A stretch of 64,000 nucleotides of DNA, taken from Eubacteriales bacterium (lineage in GTDB: Bacteria > Bacillota > Clostridia > Oscillospirales > CAG-272). The number at the start of each line of letters is the position of its first letter. Within the stretch, counting starts at the first letter, position 1. Below, in pieces: positions 38,291-48,649 of this stretch. The position numbers and the translations under genes were made by a program. The stretch covers positions 11,159 to 75,158 of the forward strand of contig JAZNKD010000005.1 of NCBI GenBank assembly GCA_045578385.1, written 5' to 3'. The notes beneath the pieces are model-generated. The model saw only the letters and a list, made by a program, of their open reading frames with translations. It ran no database searches and had not been told where the DNA came from.

Positions 38291-40705
38291 TTATTCATCA
38301 TGAACGAAACAATAAGAATTGAACTGTTTTTTCTTTCTGCCTCTTCCGACGTAATCTCCGTCTTCAATATAGTTGTAATAGTACGGTAAGTCGTAGCTTT
38401 CGGGCATTTCGCGTTTTTCGTCAATATCAAAATCAAAATAAACGTAGTCTGCATCGCTGATGATTATTTCTTTCGGGAAATGCCTTCCGTCAATACGCAA
38501 AAGTGCTATATCGTCTACGCAGTCCGGAGGACAGTTTTTCGAAGCTATCCCCTCTGAAAATACGTCGTATTTACAAATCACATGTCTATCACACTTGAAC
38601 GTCGGAACGGATTTTTTAATAAAATATCCGTATTCACTTCTTGTACCTCTCGGATCTTTTTTACAGGTTTCAGTAAGCAGACCTCCCGAATCAATGCAGA
38701 ATTCCTTTTTTATCAATCCTTGCTTTGAGAAGTTTTTAATTTCACCGTCTGCCTTGCTGTATAACAACTCGTTGTGAATATCTTTCATAACTTCATCCCA
38801 GATTTTAAGGTGAGAAGGATACACCGAGCCTACCGACATATCAGAATTTCTATAACCGCACCATATGCCTGCTGTATAATATGGCGTATATCCAATAAAG
38901 AGCCTGTCTTTTCCTTCACCGGAAGTTCCCGTTTTTCCTGCAGTATCAACGCTGTTTTTTAACGTGATTTTCGAAGCAGTTCCGTTATTGGTTACGTTCA
39001 TAAGAAGTTGATTCATAACTCTCGCACATTCCTTCGTAAACAATTCTTTCTCTTTTGGCGAATTATCTATGAGAATTTTCCCATTTTCATCAAATACAGC
39101 AATAAAGCTTCTTCCCTCGCTATATACTCCTTCTTTTGGAAATACGGTATAGGCTTCAGTGAGTCGCCTCAGGCTGACACCGTAAGTTAGCTGGCCGAGA
39201 GCGAGCGGTGACATAGCCAAATCTGTCAGAATATTTCCGTTGCTGTCGTATGCTACTCGTACCAGCGTATCAAAGCCGTAATCCTGTTTTAAGCTTTTAT
39301 AAATATTTTCTGCTCCAAGCATATTATATAATCTTACTGCAACCGTGTTTTTTGAAAGTCTAAGCGCATCTTTAACAGTAGTTAATCCATCGTACACATT
39401 GGGATAATTCTTTGGAAATTCAATATAATTATTACCTTTTTTATTGAATTCAAGAGGGATATCATCAAAAACCGAAGCCCAATTTATTCTTCCGCTGTTT
39501 ATTAGCGGTGCATATAAAGCTATTGGTTTTAGCGCAGAACCGGGAGCATGAGGACAGGTTGCTAAATTTAAAAGCCGATTCCCGTTTTTTTCACCTACAG
39601 ACCCCACTATTCCAACTAAATTTCCGCTGACAGAATCGCAAATTACCATAGAATAATCAAGACCGTTATTTATCTCTTTCGGGAATTTTTTTGTATTTTC
39701 AAAAAATGATTCCAAAGTGCTTTGAACTGACGGATTTTCTGTAGTATATATCTTAAATCCACCGTTATAAAGTAACGATTCTGCGGCCGTGCGCGACATA
39801 TCAAATTTTTCGGAAATTGCCGAAATAACGTCTTCGTTTACCGTCTCAATAAACCACGAATTAGTTTCCGTATTGCTTTTTTGAATCGGAGTTACAACAA
39901 GAGGTTCCGAAATTGCTTCGTCGTATTCTCCTTTACTGATAACGCCATAGTCTAACATAGCATATAGTACGTCATTGCGCTTTTTAATACAAGCATCATA
40001 ATTTATATGTGGATTGTATTTTGTAGGAGCATTGGTAATTCCTACAAGAGTTGCGGCCTCAGATAGCGATAATTGTGAAACGTTTTTGTTAAAATAAGCT
40101 TTAGAAGCAAAAGAAACGCCTGTAATATTTTCACCAAAGGGAATAATATTTAAATACACTTCAAAAATTTCATTCTTTGAATGAGTTTTTTCAATTTTTT
40201 CAGCTCGTATAATTTCATTATATTTTCTCTTTAACGTTACTTCATTATCTCCGCTTATATTTTTTATAACCTGCTGAGTTATAGTTGATGCGCCAAACGT
40301 TTTTTTAAAATGAAAAACAGAATTTGCAACGGCATATAAGGTTCTTCTTAAATCAACCCCCGAATGAGAGTAAAATTTTCTATCCTCCATAGCTAAAAAA
40401 CCGTTTATCAGATTCTCCGGCACAGATTCTATTTCCACCCATTTTTTCTTATTTTCTCCAAGCACAATACTGCTCATAAGTACGGGCTCGTATTCGGATA
40501 ATAAATATGCATCTGCACCGTCATCTACGTAATATTCCGTAACGGTGCTCCCTTTAGCTAAATTAAACATTAGCTCATCTTTTTCGGAATCAATATTTTT
40601 ATTTGCATATATCACCGTAAAAATAATACCAAACAACATAAAAGCCGATATTGACAATAGTAAAATACAGCTCAAAATAATTAAGACTTTTGTTTTCTTT
40701 TTCAT
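38291..40705 (-). CDS. Class A penicillin-binding protein (PBP1A family: glycosyltransferase plus transpeptidase)
   Basis: The N-terminal TM helix is followed by GT51 motifs (EDRKFYSHSGVD, GASTITQQ, RKxxE) and transpeptidase motifs (SALKP, SKN, KTGTS). Confidence 0.9.
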   Translation of the reverse strand: MKKKTKVLIILSCILLLSISAFMLFGIIFTVIYANKNIDSEKDELMFNLAKGSTVTEYYVDDGADAYLLSEYEPVLMSSIVLGENKKKWVEIESVPENLINGFLAMEDRKFYSHSGVDLRRTLYAVANSVFHFKKTFGASTITQQVIKNISGDNEVTLKRKYNEIIRAEKIEKTHSKNEIFEVYLNIIPFGENITGVSFASKAYFNKNVSQLSLSEAATLVGITNAPTKYNPHINYDACIKKRNDVLYAMLDYGVISKGEYDEAISEPLVVTPIQKSNTETNSWFIETVNEDVISAISEKFDMSRTAAESLLYNGGFKIYTTENPSVQSTLESFFENTKKFPKEINNGLDYSMVICDSVSGNLVGIVGSVGEKNGNRLLNLATCPHAPGSALKPIALYAPLINSGRINWASVFDDIPLEFNKKGNNYIEFPKNYPNVYDGLTTVKDALRLSKNTVAVRLYNMLGAENIYKSLKQDYGFDTLVRVAYDSNGNILTDLAMSPLALGQLTYGVSLRRLTEAYTVFPKEGVYSEGRSFIAVFDENGKILIDNSPKEKELFTKECARVMNQLLMNVTNNGTASKITLKNSVDTAGKTGTSGEGKDRLFIGYTPYYTAGIWCGYRNSDMSVGSVYPSHLKIWDEVMKDIHNELLYSKADGEIKNFSKQGLIKKEFCIDSGGLLTETCKKDPRGTRSEYGYFIKKSVPTFKCDRHVICKYDVFSEGIASKNCPPDCVDDIALLRIDGRHFPKEIIISDADYVYFDFDIDEKREMPESYDLPYYYNYIEDGDYVGRGRKKKQFNSYCFVHDE

Positions 40706-40707
40706 AT

Positions 40708-40752
40708 AAAAAACTCCGTGTGTTTTTTTAATCTTGCCACACGGAGTTTTTT
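40708..40752 (-). terminator. Intrinsic terminator of the ruvC-to-truA operon, which also forms the leader of the PBP1A gene
   Basis: On the minus strand the sequence reads A8-CUCCGUGUG, a 15-nt loop, CACACGGAG-U6, then AU and the PBP1A AUG (40705). The only Shine-Dalgarno-like GGAG lies in the 3' arm of the stem. Confidence 0.6.
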
Positions 40753-40800
40753 TTATTATATAATCTTTATGGTGTTTTTGGAAATAAATAATTTATTTTA

Positions 40801-41544
40801 TCAATAATCAACGCGATTTAAATACAATCCGTCCGGAGGCGCTGTCATTCCCGCACAGCTTCTCTGACGTGATTTTATAATTGTTCGTATATCCTCAGGA
40901 TTAAATCTTCCAAAGGCAACTTCGGTAAGAGTTCCTATAATAATCCTGACCATATTATAAAGAAAACCGTTTGCGTGTATACGAAATTCTATTATGTCTC
41001 CATTACGCTCGATATTTATATAATCCACGGTACGCACGGCATCAGCCGTATCGGAGCCTGCCGCCATAAACGCGGAAAAATCGTGCTCGCCCAGAATATA
41101 TTTCGAAGCTTCTTTTATACGCGCAAGTCCTTCATCTGAAATAATTCTTGGTAAAAACCAAGCTCTGCAAGTTTCAAACGGATTCTGAACTTTGGTATTT
41201 AATATCCTGTAAAGATATTCTTTTCCTACGGCATCATATCGCGGATGAAAAGCGTCATCGCACTCTTTTGCGTAAAACAAAGAGATATCTTGGGGCAGAA
41301 ATCTCGCTATTGCTAAAGGAAGCTTTTCGGCAGGTATTGTTCCGCCCTCGTTTTCTATTGTGAGACAAAACTCATTTGCATGAACTCCGCCATCTGTTCG
41401 GCTACATCCGGTGACGCGGCACGGTACACCGAAGACCGCATCTGCAGCAGCGGAAAGCTCCCCCTGAACAGTTCTTTTATCAGGCTGAACCTGAAAACCC
41501 GAAAAATTTGTTCCCAGGTATCTGATTTTTGCAAAATATTTCAT
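40801..41544 (-). CDS. truA: tRNA pseudouridine(38-40) synthase
   Basis: The product has GFQVQP and the catalytic region SRTDGGVHA, and it follows ecfT as in many Firmicutes. Confidence 0.9.
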   Translation of the reverse strand: MKYFAKIRYLGTNFSGFQVQPDKRTVQGELSAAADAVFGVPCRVTGCSRTDGGVHANEFCLTIENEGGTIPAEKLPLAIARFLPQDISLFYAKECDDAFHPRYDAVGKEYLYRILNTKVQNPFETCRAWFLPRIISDEGLARIKEASKYILGEHDFSAFMAAGSDTADAVRTVDYINIERNGDIIEFRIHANGFLYNMVRIIIGTLTEVAFGRFNPEDIRTIIKSRQRSCAGMTAPPDGLYLNRVDY

Positions 41545-41562
41545 AGAGCCTCTCGGTTGAAA

Positions 41563-42429
41563 TTAAATCTTATAGAACATTATACTGTATATTTGGTTTG
41601 GCAACATTCCCGAAATATGAGACGGAATTATCATAAGAGTTATAATAGCGGCTAAAAATACAATTCCTATTCCAAACCAAACTATATCTCTGAGCTTATA
41701 TTCGAGCTTAGCAAGCTTAGTTCTGTTTTTATCGCCTCTATAGCAACGGCACTCCATTGCCACGGCAAGCTCGTCTGCACGCTTGAATGACGAAACGAAC
41801 AGCGGAATAATGATTGGAATTAAAGCCTTTGCTCTTTTCACCAAAGATCCGGAAGAAAAATCTGCACCTCTCGATTTTTGAGCATTCATTATTTTCTCTG
41901 TTTCTTCTATGAGTGTTGGGATGAATCTAAGTGCAATAGTCATCATCATAGCAAAAACGTGAACGGGAACTTTTATTTTTTTCAAAGGCGATAAAAGACT
42001 CTCGATGCCGTCAGTCAAAGATATGGGCGACGTTGTATAGGTCAGCAGAACGCTCGTGCCTGTAATAAGAAGAATAACTCTAAGTCCCATAAATACGGCT
42101 CTTATAATTCCCTCTTTATAAATCTTTATGAAATAGAAATCCACAAGCGGTTTACTGTCAGCCTTAGTCATAAAAATATTTATGAGAGCTGTGAAAATAA
42201 GAACGTAAAGTATCGGCTTGATTCCCTTAATTATTACCTTAATTGATATCTTACTTGTCATTATCAAAGAAATCACAGCAAGAAGTACGGTGAAAAAGCC
42301 TATCGGTGTATTAACAAGGAACACCGAAACAATAAAGAGCAGCGTCAATAATATCTTTGTTCGCGGATCGAGCTTATGAATGAATGAATCTCCGGGGAAA
42401 AATTGTCCCAAGGTAATATCTGAAATCAT
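41563..42429 (-). CDS. ecfT: ECF transporter transmembrane (T) component
   Basis: The product has CbiQ-like hydrophobic topology with ARG-containing coupling helices (ALRFIPTL...QKSRGA) and follows two ecfA genes. Confidence 0.9.
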   Translation of the reverse strand: MISDITLGQFFPGDSFIHKLDPRTKILLTLLFIVSVFLVNTPIGFFTVLLAVISLIMTSKISIKVIIKGIKPILYVLIFTALINIFMTKADSKPLVDFYFIKIYKEGIIRAVFMGLRVILLITGTSVLLTYTTSPISLTDGIESLLSPLKKIKVPVHVFAMMMTIALRFIPTLIEETEKIMNAQKSRGADFSSGSLVKRAKALIPIIIPLFVSSFKRADELAVAMECRCYRGDKNRTKLAKLEYKLRDIVWFGIGIVFLAAIITLMIIPSHISGMLPNQIYSIMFYKI

Positions 42430-43286
42430 ATTTTATTACCTCCGAGATATTTTATTATGGCATCACGAACTCCGTTTACAGTGTAAAGCTTTCCTTCGAG
42501 ATTTATACCCTCATTCTTCAATCTTGATGCTATCTTTGAAATAACCGGAACGTCAAGACCTATTTTTTCAAGCTCGGATGATGATGAAAAGATTTCATCA
42601 ACCGTTCCGGACTTATAAACCTTGGAATCGCTCATAACTACTACGTTGTCGCAGTAATATGCCATATCTTCCATAGAGTGACTTACGAGAATAAGAGTAA
42701 TTCCGCTTTCTCTTACGTAAGCGGCAAGTCCACCGAGAATTTCTCGTCTTCCTCTCGGGTCAAGCCCCGCAGCAGGCTCATCAAGAACCAACACCTCGGG
42801 CCGCATAGCGAGAATTCCTGCAATCGCAACACGCCTTTTCTGACCGCCCGAAAGCTCGAAGGGAGATTTTTCAAGCAAATCATTCGAAATTCCCGTAAAT
42901 CTTATTGCTTCCATCACGCGATCGTTAATTTCTTCATATGAAAGACCTTGATTTTTGGGACCGAATTCTATATCACGTCTTACGGTTTCATCAAAAAGTT
43001 GGTATTCGGGATATTGCATTACAAGACCGACTCTAAATCTTATTTTGCTTATTTCGGATGGTTTTTGCCATATATTTACACCGTCAAGTAAAACTTCACC
43101 ATCATCAGGCTTATAAAGACCGTTCAAAAGGTTAACAAGCGTCGACTTTCCCGATCCGGTATGACCGATAAGTCCTGTAATTTTCCCTTTTTCAAATGAA
43201 ACTGAAACGTTATCAAGTGCTTTTTTCTCAAAAGGAGTACCCTTTCCGTAAAGGAATGATACGTTTTTAACTTGAAGCTTAGTCAT
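42426..43286 (-). CDS. ecfA2: ECF transporter ATPase EcfA2
   Basis: Motifs present are Walker A GHTGSGKST, signature LSGGQKRRVAIAG and Walker B VLVLDEP. Confidence 0.9.
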   Translation of the reverse strand: MTKLQVKNVSFLYGKGTPFEKKALDNVSVSFEKGKITGLIGHTGSGKSTLVNLLNGLYKPDDGEVLLDGVNIWQKPSEISKIRFRVGLVMQYPEYQLFDETVRRDIEFGPKNQGLSYEEINDRVMEAIRFTGISNDLLEKSPFELSGGQKRRVAIAGILAMRPEVLVLDEPAAGLDPRGRREILGGLAAYVRESGITLILVSHSMEDMAYYCDNVVVMSDSKVYKSGTVDEIFSSSSELEKIGLDVPVISKIASRLKNEGINLEGKLYTVNGVRDAIIKYLGGNKI

Positions 43287-44187
43287 TAAGTAAGGTACCT
43301 CCTTTCAATGAAAGAAGCTCTTTTAAGGCATCAAAGCACTCATCCTCAGTAATGGCATCGGTAGGAACTTTATATCCAAGCTTTGCAAGCTCTGCCAAAA
43401 GTTCTGTTCCTTGTGGTGATTCAAGACCTATGCTGTGAAGAAAATCAACATTTGCAAATATTTCTTTAGCGCTGCCGTCCATAAGGGGCTTACCGTCGTT
43501 TATTACGAGAACGCGATCTGCTCTTGCGGCCTCCTCCATATAGTGAGTTATATTTATAACCGTAATATTTTCCTCTCGGTTAAGCTTTTCCATAATACCG
43601 AGAACCTCTCTTCTTCCGATAGGGTCTAACATCGCCGTGGATTCGTCAAAAATAATAACCTCTGGGTGCATTGCAATAATACCTGCAATAGCCACCCTTT
43701 GCTTCTGCCCGCCTGAAAGCTTGTGAGGCGCGTGACGCGCATATTCTGTCATATCAACAACTCTGAGAGCTTCGTCTACTCTTTTCCTTATTTCAGAACG
43801 CTCTATACCGAGGTTTTCGGGGCCGAATGCAACGTCCTCTTCAACAATGGTAGCAACAAGCTGATTGTCCGGATTCTGAAAAACCATACCAATCCTACTT
43901 CTTATATCAAAAACCTCATCCTCGGAGATATCCTCGGAAGAAATAACTCTATCGTTGATAGAGATGCTTCCTGACGTAGGCATCAATATTAAGTTGAGCA
44001 ACTTAGCAAAAGTCGATTTGCCCGATCCGTTATGACCGAGTACCGCAATATATTCCCCTCTTTTTATCGAAACACTGACGTTGTCGAGCGCGGGGGGCGG
44101 ACTTGTTATCTTACCCGAATCTGTTTCATCATCGTAAATGAAACTCAGATTTTCGCATTTTATATTTTTAATTCTATAATCGTTCAT
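43279..44187 (-). CDS. ecfA1: ECF transporter ATPase EcfA1
   Basis: Motifs present are Walker A GHNGSGKST, signature LSGGQKQRVAIAG and Walker B VIIFDEST. Confidence 0.9.
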   Translation of the reverse strand: MNDYRIKNIKCENLSFIYDDETDSGKITSPPPALDNVSVSIKRGEYIAVLGHNGSGKSTFAKLLNLILMPTSGSISINDRVISSEDISEDEVFDIRSRIGMVFQNPDNQLVATIVEEDVAFGPENLGIERSEIRKRVDEALRVVDMTEYARHAPHKLSGGQKQRVAIAGIIAMHPEVIIFDESTAMLDPIGRREVLGIMEKLNREENITVINITHYMEEAARADRVLVINDGKPLMDGSAKEIFANVDFLHSIGLESPQGTELLAELAKLGYKVPTDAITEDECFDALKELLSLKGGTLLND

Positions 44188-44205
44188 CGTTAATTAATTC
44201 TTTTC

Positions 44206-45069
44206 TTATGAAAATACTACTCTTACACTTGATCCGCAGGGCAAATTCAACCCGCTGTCCTTTACGGGAATTCCAATTTCGTCAGCCATACTTTTCCCTT
44301 TATTATGACAGAGAAGACGAATATCCGTGATATACTTCATAGTCGAAGCAGAAAGACCCGTAGTGTAGGAATTAAGAAGGAAAAACAACGGCTTATCTGA
44401 AAGCACGTTTGCCGTAAGAGCAACGAAATCATCGATGTTTTCCTCTATTTTCCAAACTTCACCCGTAGGTCCTCTGCCGTACGACGGAGGGTCCATAATT
44501 ATTGCATCATATTTTTTCCCGCGACGTATCTCTCGTTCGATAAACTTTTTGCAATCATCAACTATATATCTTATCGGAGCCTCCGAAAGTCCGGAAAGCC
44601 TTGCATTTTCTTTTGCTTGAGCAACCATTCCCTTAGATGCATCAACGTGGCATACAGAAGCTCCGGACTTAGCGCAAGCAACCGTTGCGCCGCCCGTATA
44701 AGCAAATAAATTGAGAACGTTTATCGGTCTCTCCGCATTTTTAATAAGCTCACGCATCCAATCCCAATTAGTTGCCTGCTCGGGAAATAGACCTGTATGT
44801 TTAAATCCCATGGGTTTTATACGGAAAGTCAGATCCGAATAATTTATTGTCCAAGATTCCGGCAGTTTATTCTCATTCCACGAGCCACCTCCCGAATTGC
44901 TGCGACGATAGCTGGCATCAGCTTTTCTCCACAACGGATTTTTCTTTTCACTTTTCCAAATAACCTGAGGGTCGGGACGAATAAGACTGTACTTTCCCCA
45001 TAGCTCCAGTTTTTCTCCGCAGGACGTATCAAGTATACTGTATTCTTTCCAATTATCTGCAATCCACAT
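44206..45069 (-). CDS. Class I SAM-dependent methyltransferase (COG1092/RlmI-like core)
   Basis: A SAM-binding region (VLNLFAYTGGATVA) and a DPPS/Y motif (IIMDPPSYGRG) are present. The substrate cannot be assigned from sequence alone. Confidence 0.7.
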   Translation of the reverse strand: MWIADNWKEYSILDTSCGEKLELWGKYSLIRPDPQVIWKSEKKNPLWRKADASYRRSNSGGGSWNENKLPESWTINYSDLTFRIKPMGFKHTGLFPEQATNWDWMRELIKNAERPINVLNLFAYTGGATVACAKSGASVCHVDASKGMVAQAKENARLSGLSEAPIRYIVDDCKKFIEREIRRGKKYDAIIMDPPSYGRGPTGEVWKIEENIDDFVALTANVLSDKPLFFLLNSYTTGLSASTMKYITDIRLLCHNKGKSMADEIGIPVKDSGLNLPCGSSVRVVFS

Positions 45070-45078
45070 ATTAAAAAC

Positions 45079-45600
45079 CTATCTTTTGTTAAAATATTTT
45101 CCCATAGCCGAGCCCGCGCACTGCGCGTGGCAAAGAGCTATTGCAACAGCATCAGCGGTATCATCCGGCTTTGGCGGCCCGGGAAGCCTTAGTATCGACG
45201 TAACCATTGCTATAACCTGATGCTTTTCTGCTTTTCCGTATCCGACTACAGCCTGCTTCACCTGCAGAGGCGTATATTCGCTTATCTTTATGTTGTGCTT
45301 GTATGCCGTACACAGTATCACGCCTCTGGCTTCCGCAACTGCAATTCCCGTTGTGATATTATTGTTAAAAAACAATTCCTCGACGGCCATTTCATCAGGC
45401 TTATACTTATTTATAATTTCACAAAGATCGCTTTCTATCATAGCAAGTCTTGATTCTATAAGAGTATGGGCGGGAGTTCTTATTGCACCGTAAGCCAAGG
45501 GCCGAGAATTGCCTCTGTTGGTTTCGATAACCGCCCAACCGACAATCGCTAATCCGGGATCTATTCCAAGTATTACCACAATAACTCCTCTCTCTATCAT
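45079..45600 (-). CDS. ruvC: Crossover junction endodeoxyribonuclease RuvC
   Basis: The catalytic region ILGIDPG is present and the size is RuvC-like. The true start may lie a few codons inside the ORF. Confidence 0.9.
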   Translation of the reverse strand: MIERGVIVVILGIDPGLAIVGWAVIETNRGNSRPLAYGAIRTPAHTLIESRLAMIESDLCEIINKYKPDEMAVEELFFNNNITTGIAVAEARGVILCTAYKHNIKISEYTPLQVKQAVVGYGKAEKHQVIAMVTSILRLPGPPKPDDTADAVAIALCHAQCAGSAMGKYFNKR

Positions 45601-45742
45601 TTTTTATCATATCATTGTATCACAAAATAACGTTTGCGTCAATCTTTTCTTATAAATTTATAAAAATATATAAAAAAACTTTACTTTTATTATAATCTGT
45701 GATAAAATATCGATTGGGTAATTATATGCTTTGGAGGGCGGT

Positions 45743-45955
45743 ATGTCAATAGTGAAATTTTCGGTCGGCGATATTCTTGTTTTGAAAAAGAAACATCCTT
45801 GTGACTCTCACAATTTTATGGTATTAAGACTGGGAAGCGACGTAAGAATCGTATGTTGCGGATGTGCAAGAGATATGACTATGCCACGCGAAACGCTCGA
45901 AAAGGCAATAAAAAAAGTTATTCCAAGTGAAGATATAAAAAAGGACGGAAACTAA
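45743..45955 (+). CDS. DUF951-family small protein
   Basis: The product matches the pattern F.VGD.....KHPCG...F.V.R.G.D....C..C. The start is ATG 45743, after a GGAGGG Shine-Dalgarno sequence. Confidence 0.7.
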   Translation: MSIVKFSVGDILVLKKKHPCDSHNFMVLRLGSDVRIVCCGCARDMTMPRETLEKAIKKVIPSEDIKKDGN

Positions 45956-46567
45956 ATGTTTTATTATTTGTGCGGTGAACTGACTTACAAAGATCTTTCT
46001 ACCTGCGTTATTGATTGCTCGGGGGTTGGATACAAGCTTACTGTCAGTCAGATTACATCTGAATCACTTGCATCATCAGTAGGAAAAAGAGTAAAGCTCT
46101 TTACATATCTTGCAGTCAGAGAAGACGGAATTGAGCTTTTCGGCTTCGGCACAGACGAAGAACGCTCTTGCTTCAACAGACTCATTTCCGTAAGCGGAGT
46201 GGGCCCGAAGGCTGCCATGAGCATTCTTTCTATTATGACTGCAACCGATCTTTCCGTTGCAATATGCACGGAAAATACAAAAGCCATAGCAAAAGCCTCA
46301 GGCATAGGTGCTAAAACCGCAGCTAGAATCGTGCTTGAACTCAAGGATAAAATTTCTAAAGATGTTTCTGTGCCTGACGCAGATATGCTTAACTTAAATT
46401 CTTCCGTTGCAGGAAAAAGCGGCGGAAAAAATCTTTCGGAAGCGACTGAGGCTCTTATGGTTCTCGGATACGATAAAAGCACAGTTCTTAACGCTCTTAA
46501 AGATATCGATACCAACAAAGACGTTGGTGAAGTTATCAGACTGGCTCTCAAGAAGCTTGCAAGATAA
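45956..46567 (+). CDS. ruvA: Holliday junction branch migration complex subunit RuvA
   Basis: The product begins MFYYL.GEL, carries GVGYKL and helix-hairpin-helix repeats ([24 protein letters not shown]). Confidence 0.9.
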   Translation: MFYYLCGELTYKDLSTCVIDCSGVGYKLTVSQITSESLASSVGKRVKLFTYLAVREDGIELFGFGTDEERSCFNRLISVSGVGPKAAMSILSIMTATDLSVAICTENTKAIAKASGIGAKTAARIVLELKDKISKDVSVPDADMLNLNSSVAGKSGGKNLSEATEALMVLGYDKSTVLNALKDIDTNKDVGEVIRLALKKLAR

Positions 46568-46581
46568 GGAGGGGCGTTACT

Positions 46582-47616
46582 ATGATGGATGAAATAAACG
46601 AATTTGATTTTGAAAACCGAATAGTATCAAACGAATACGACTCAAATCAGGATTATGAGGTTGAAAATTCATTAAGACCTAAAACTCTTAACGATTATAT
46701 AGGTCAGGTAAAAGCAAAATCAAATCTTGAAGTATACATAGAAAGCGCAAAGCGTCGCGGCGAACCACTTGACCATACGCTTCTTTACGGTCCTCCCGGT
46801 CTTGGAAAAACCACCCTTGCGGGTATTATCGCAGCCGAAATGGGCGTAAATATAAGAACGACCTCCGGCCCCGCAATAGAAAAGCAAGGCGACCTTGCCG
46901 CTATTCTCACGAATCTTGGAGAAGGCGACGTTCTCTTCATAGACGAAATTCACCGTTTATCAAAGGCCGTTGAAGAAATTCTCTATCCGGCTATGGAAGA
47001 TTATTCTCTCGACATTATAATCGGCAAGGGACCCAGCGCACGCTCAATAAGACTGCCTATTCCTAAATTTACGCTTATAGGAGCCACAACAAGAGCAGGA
47101 CAGCTCACTTCCCCGCTCCGCGATAGATTTGGAGTACTTCTTAAGCTCGAGCTCTACTCACCCGAGGAGCTTGCCAGTATCGTAAAGCGTTCGGCAGGAA
47201 TCCTTGGAATTGATATTACAGACGACGGCGCGCTCGGCATAGCTACACGTTCAAGAGGAACTCCGAGAATAGCCAACAGACTTTTAAAGAGAGTCCGCGA
47301 TTTTGCATTAGTTAAGGGCGACGGAATGATTACCTCGGAAATAGCTAAATATGCGCTTGAGGCTCTTGAAATAGACGATCTCGGACTTGACAATACCGAT
47401 AGAAAAATGCTCGAAGCTATAATTAAATTCTACGGCGGCGGCCCTGTGGGTCTTGACACACTCTCTGCAACAATAGGTGAAGAAGCAATTACCATAGAGG
47501 ACGTTTACGAGCCTTATCTTATGCAGATAGGATTTCTCTCAAGAACTCCTCGCGGCAGATGCGCAACCAAGCTCGCGTATGATCATTTGGGAATACCTTT
47601 TATCATGAGTAATTGA
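46582..47616 (+). CDS. ruvB: Holliday junction branch migration DNA helicase RuvB
   Basis: Diagnostic motifs are [12 protein letters not shown], the Walker [12 protein letters not shown], and DEIHRL. Confidence 0.95.
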   Translation: MMDEINEFDFENRIVSNEYDSNQDYEVENSLRPKTLNDYIGQVKAKSNLEVYIESAKRRGEPLDHTLLYGPPGLGKTTLAGIIAAEMGVNIRTTSGPAIEKQGDLAAILTNLGEGDVLFIDEIHRLSKAVEEILYPAMEDYSLDIIIGKGPSARSIRLPIPKFTLIGATTRAGQLTSPLRDRFGVLLKLELYSPEELASIVKRSAGILGIDITDDGALGIATRSRGTPRIANRLLKRVRDFALVKGDGMITSEIAKYALEALEIDDLGLDNTDRKMLEAIIKFYGGGPVGLDTLSATIGEEAITIEDVYEPYLMQIGFLSRTPRGRCATKLAYDHLGIPFIMSN

Positions 47617-47867
47617 TTTTTGAAATATAATGGTTATTCTTAAGCAGAAAATATTTACATATCATTTTAATCTTTTAATCAAAAAAGGAAATGAAACAAA
47701 AAGCCTTTTGATTTTTAATCATTTCGATTTTTCTCATCGCCCTTGCCGTAGCGCTTATCACCTCTTAACGTATATACCGACACTGAAGGAACAAAGAAAA
47801 CTTTAGTGTAACAAGCATCAAGACTTTCACATTCGAGAGGTGTTCTTAACTTAAAGCATAAATTTTC

Positions 47868-47901
47868 GAGCCGAATGCGTAAAATATGGCATTCGGCTCG
47901 T
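47868..47901 (+). terminator. Intrinsic terminator about 250 nt downstream of ruvB
   Basis: A perfect 12-bp stem, cgagccgaatgc pairing with gcattcggctcg, encloses a 10-nt loop and is followed by TTTTTATTATTT on the plus strand. Confidence 0.7.
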
Positions 47902-47998
47902 TTTTATTATTTATTTTCTGTTTGCATAGAATGAAGCTTACCGATTTACAAATATAAAAAACGTATTTTTAGGCTTCGTATAAAGCTGCAATGCTCTA

Positions 47999-48649
47999 TT
48001 AGTTTCCAACACGCAACAGATCAATTACTTCTTTTCTGTTTTCTGCTTTAAATACCGAGCTTCCCGCAACAAGAATGTTTGCGCCAGCCAAGATAGCGTC
48101 CCTTGCATTTAAAGGAGTTATACCACCGTCAACCTGAATATCAACGTCGAGTCCGCGCTTAATTATCTCACTCTTTATTTCTCTGACTTTATCAAGAGTT
48201 TCGGGTATAAGCGCCTGACCTCCATAACCCGGCTCAACTGTCATAATCAAAACCATATCGCATTTTTCGAGATACGGAAAAATTAATTTTGCAGGGGTTT
48301 TCGGTTTTATAGAAATCGCAGCCTTTGCACCGTTTTCCCTTATAAATTCAAGAAGCTTTTCGGGATTTTTCTCTGCCTCGAAATGAAAAGTGAGTATATC
48401 AGCCCCCGCGTCTATAAATCTCTTTGCATATCGAGAAGGCTCGTCTATCATAAGATGAACGTCGAAAATCATATTGCTTTTTTTTCGCAAAGCTTCAATT
48501 ACAGGCAATCCAAACGAAATATTTGTAACAAACATTCCGTCCATTACGTCAAGATGCACCATATCAGCTCCGCATCTTTCAATATCGGCAATCTCTTCGC
48601 CGAGTTTTGTAAAATCGCATGCTAAAACAGAGGGGGATATTTTTATCAT
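47999..48649 (-). CDS. rpe: Ribulose-phosphate 3-epimerase
   Basis: Motifs present are ISPSVLACDF, HLDVMDG, HLM and VDGGI. Confidence 0.95.
   Translation of the reverse strand: MIKISPSVLACDFTKLGEEIADIERCGADMVHLDVMDGMFVTNISFGLPVIEALRKKSNMIFDVHLMIDEPSRYAKRFIDAGADILTFHFEAEKNPEKLLEFIRENGAKAAISIKPKTPAKLIFPYLEKCDMVLIMTVEPGYGGQALIPETLDKVREIKSEIIKRGLDVDIQVDGGITPLNARDAILAGANILVAGSSVFKAENRKEVIDLLRVGN

Noticed and set aside
47691-47768. The in-frame TGA in the hydrophobic mini-ORF downstream of ruvB could be recoded (as Trp, Gly or Sec).
   Set aside because: TGA clearly functions as a stop elsewhere in this window, for example at the Crp-family gene (ATGA overlap at 24359-24362) and at the kinase gene. 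No SECIS-like hairpin follows the codon. The AGGA sits only 2 nt from the ATG, which is poor Shine-Dalgarno spacing.
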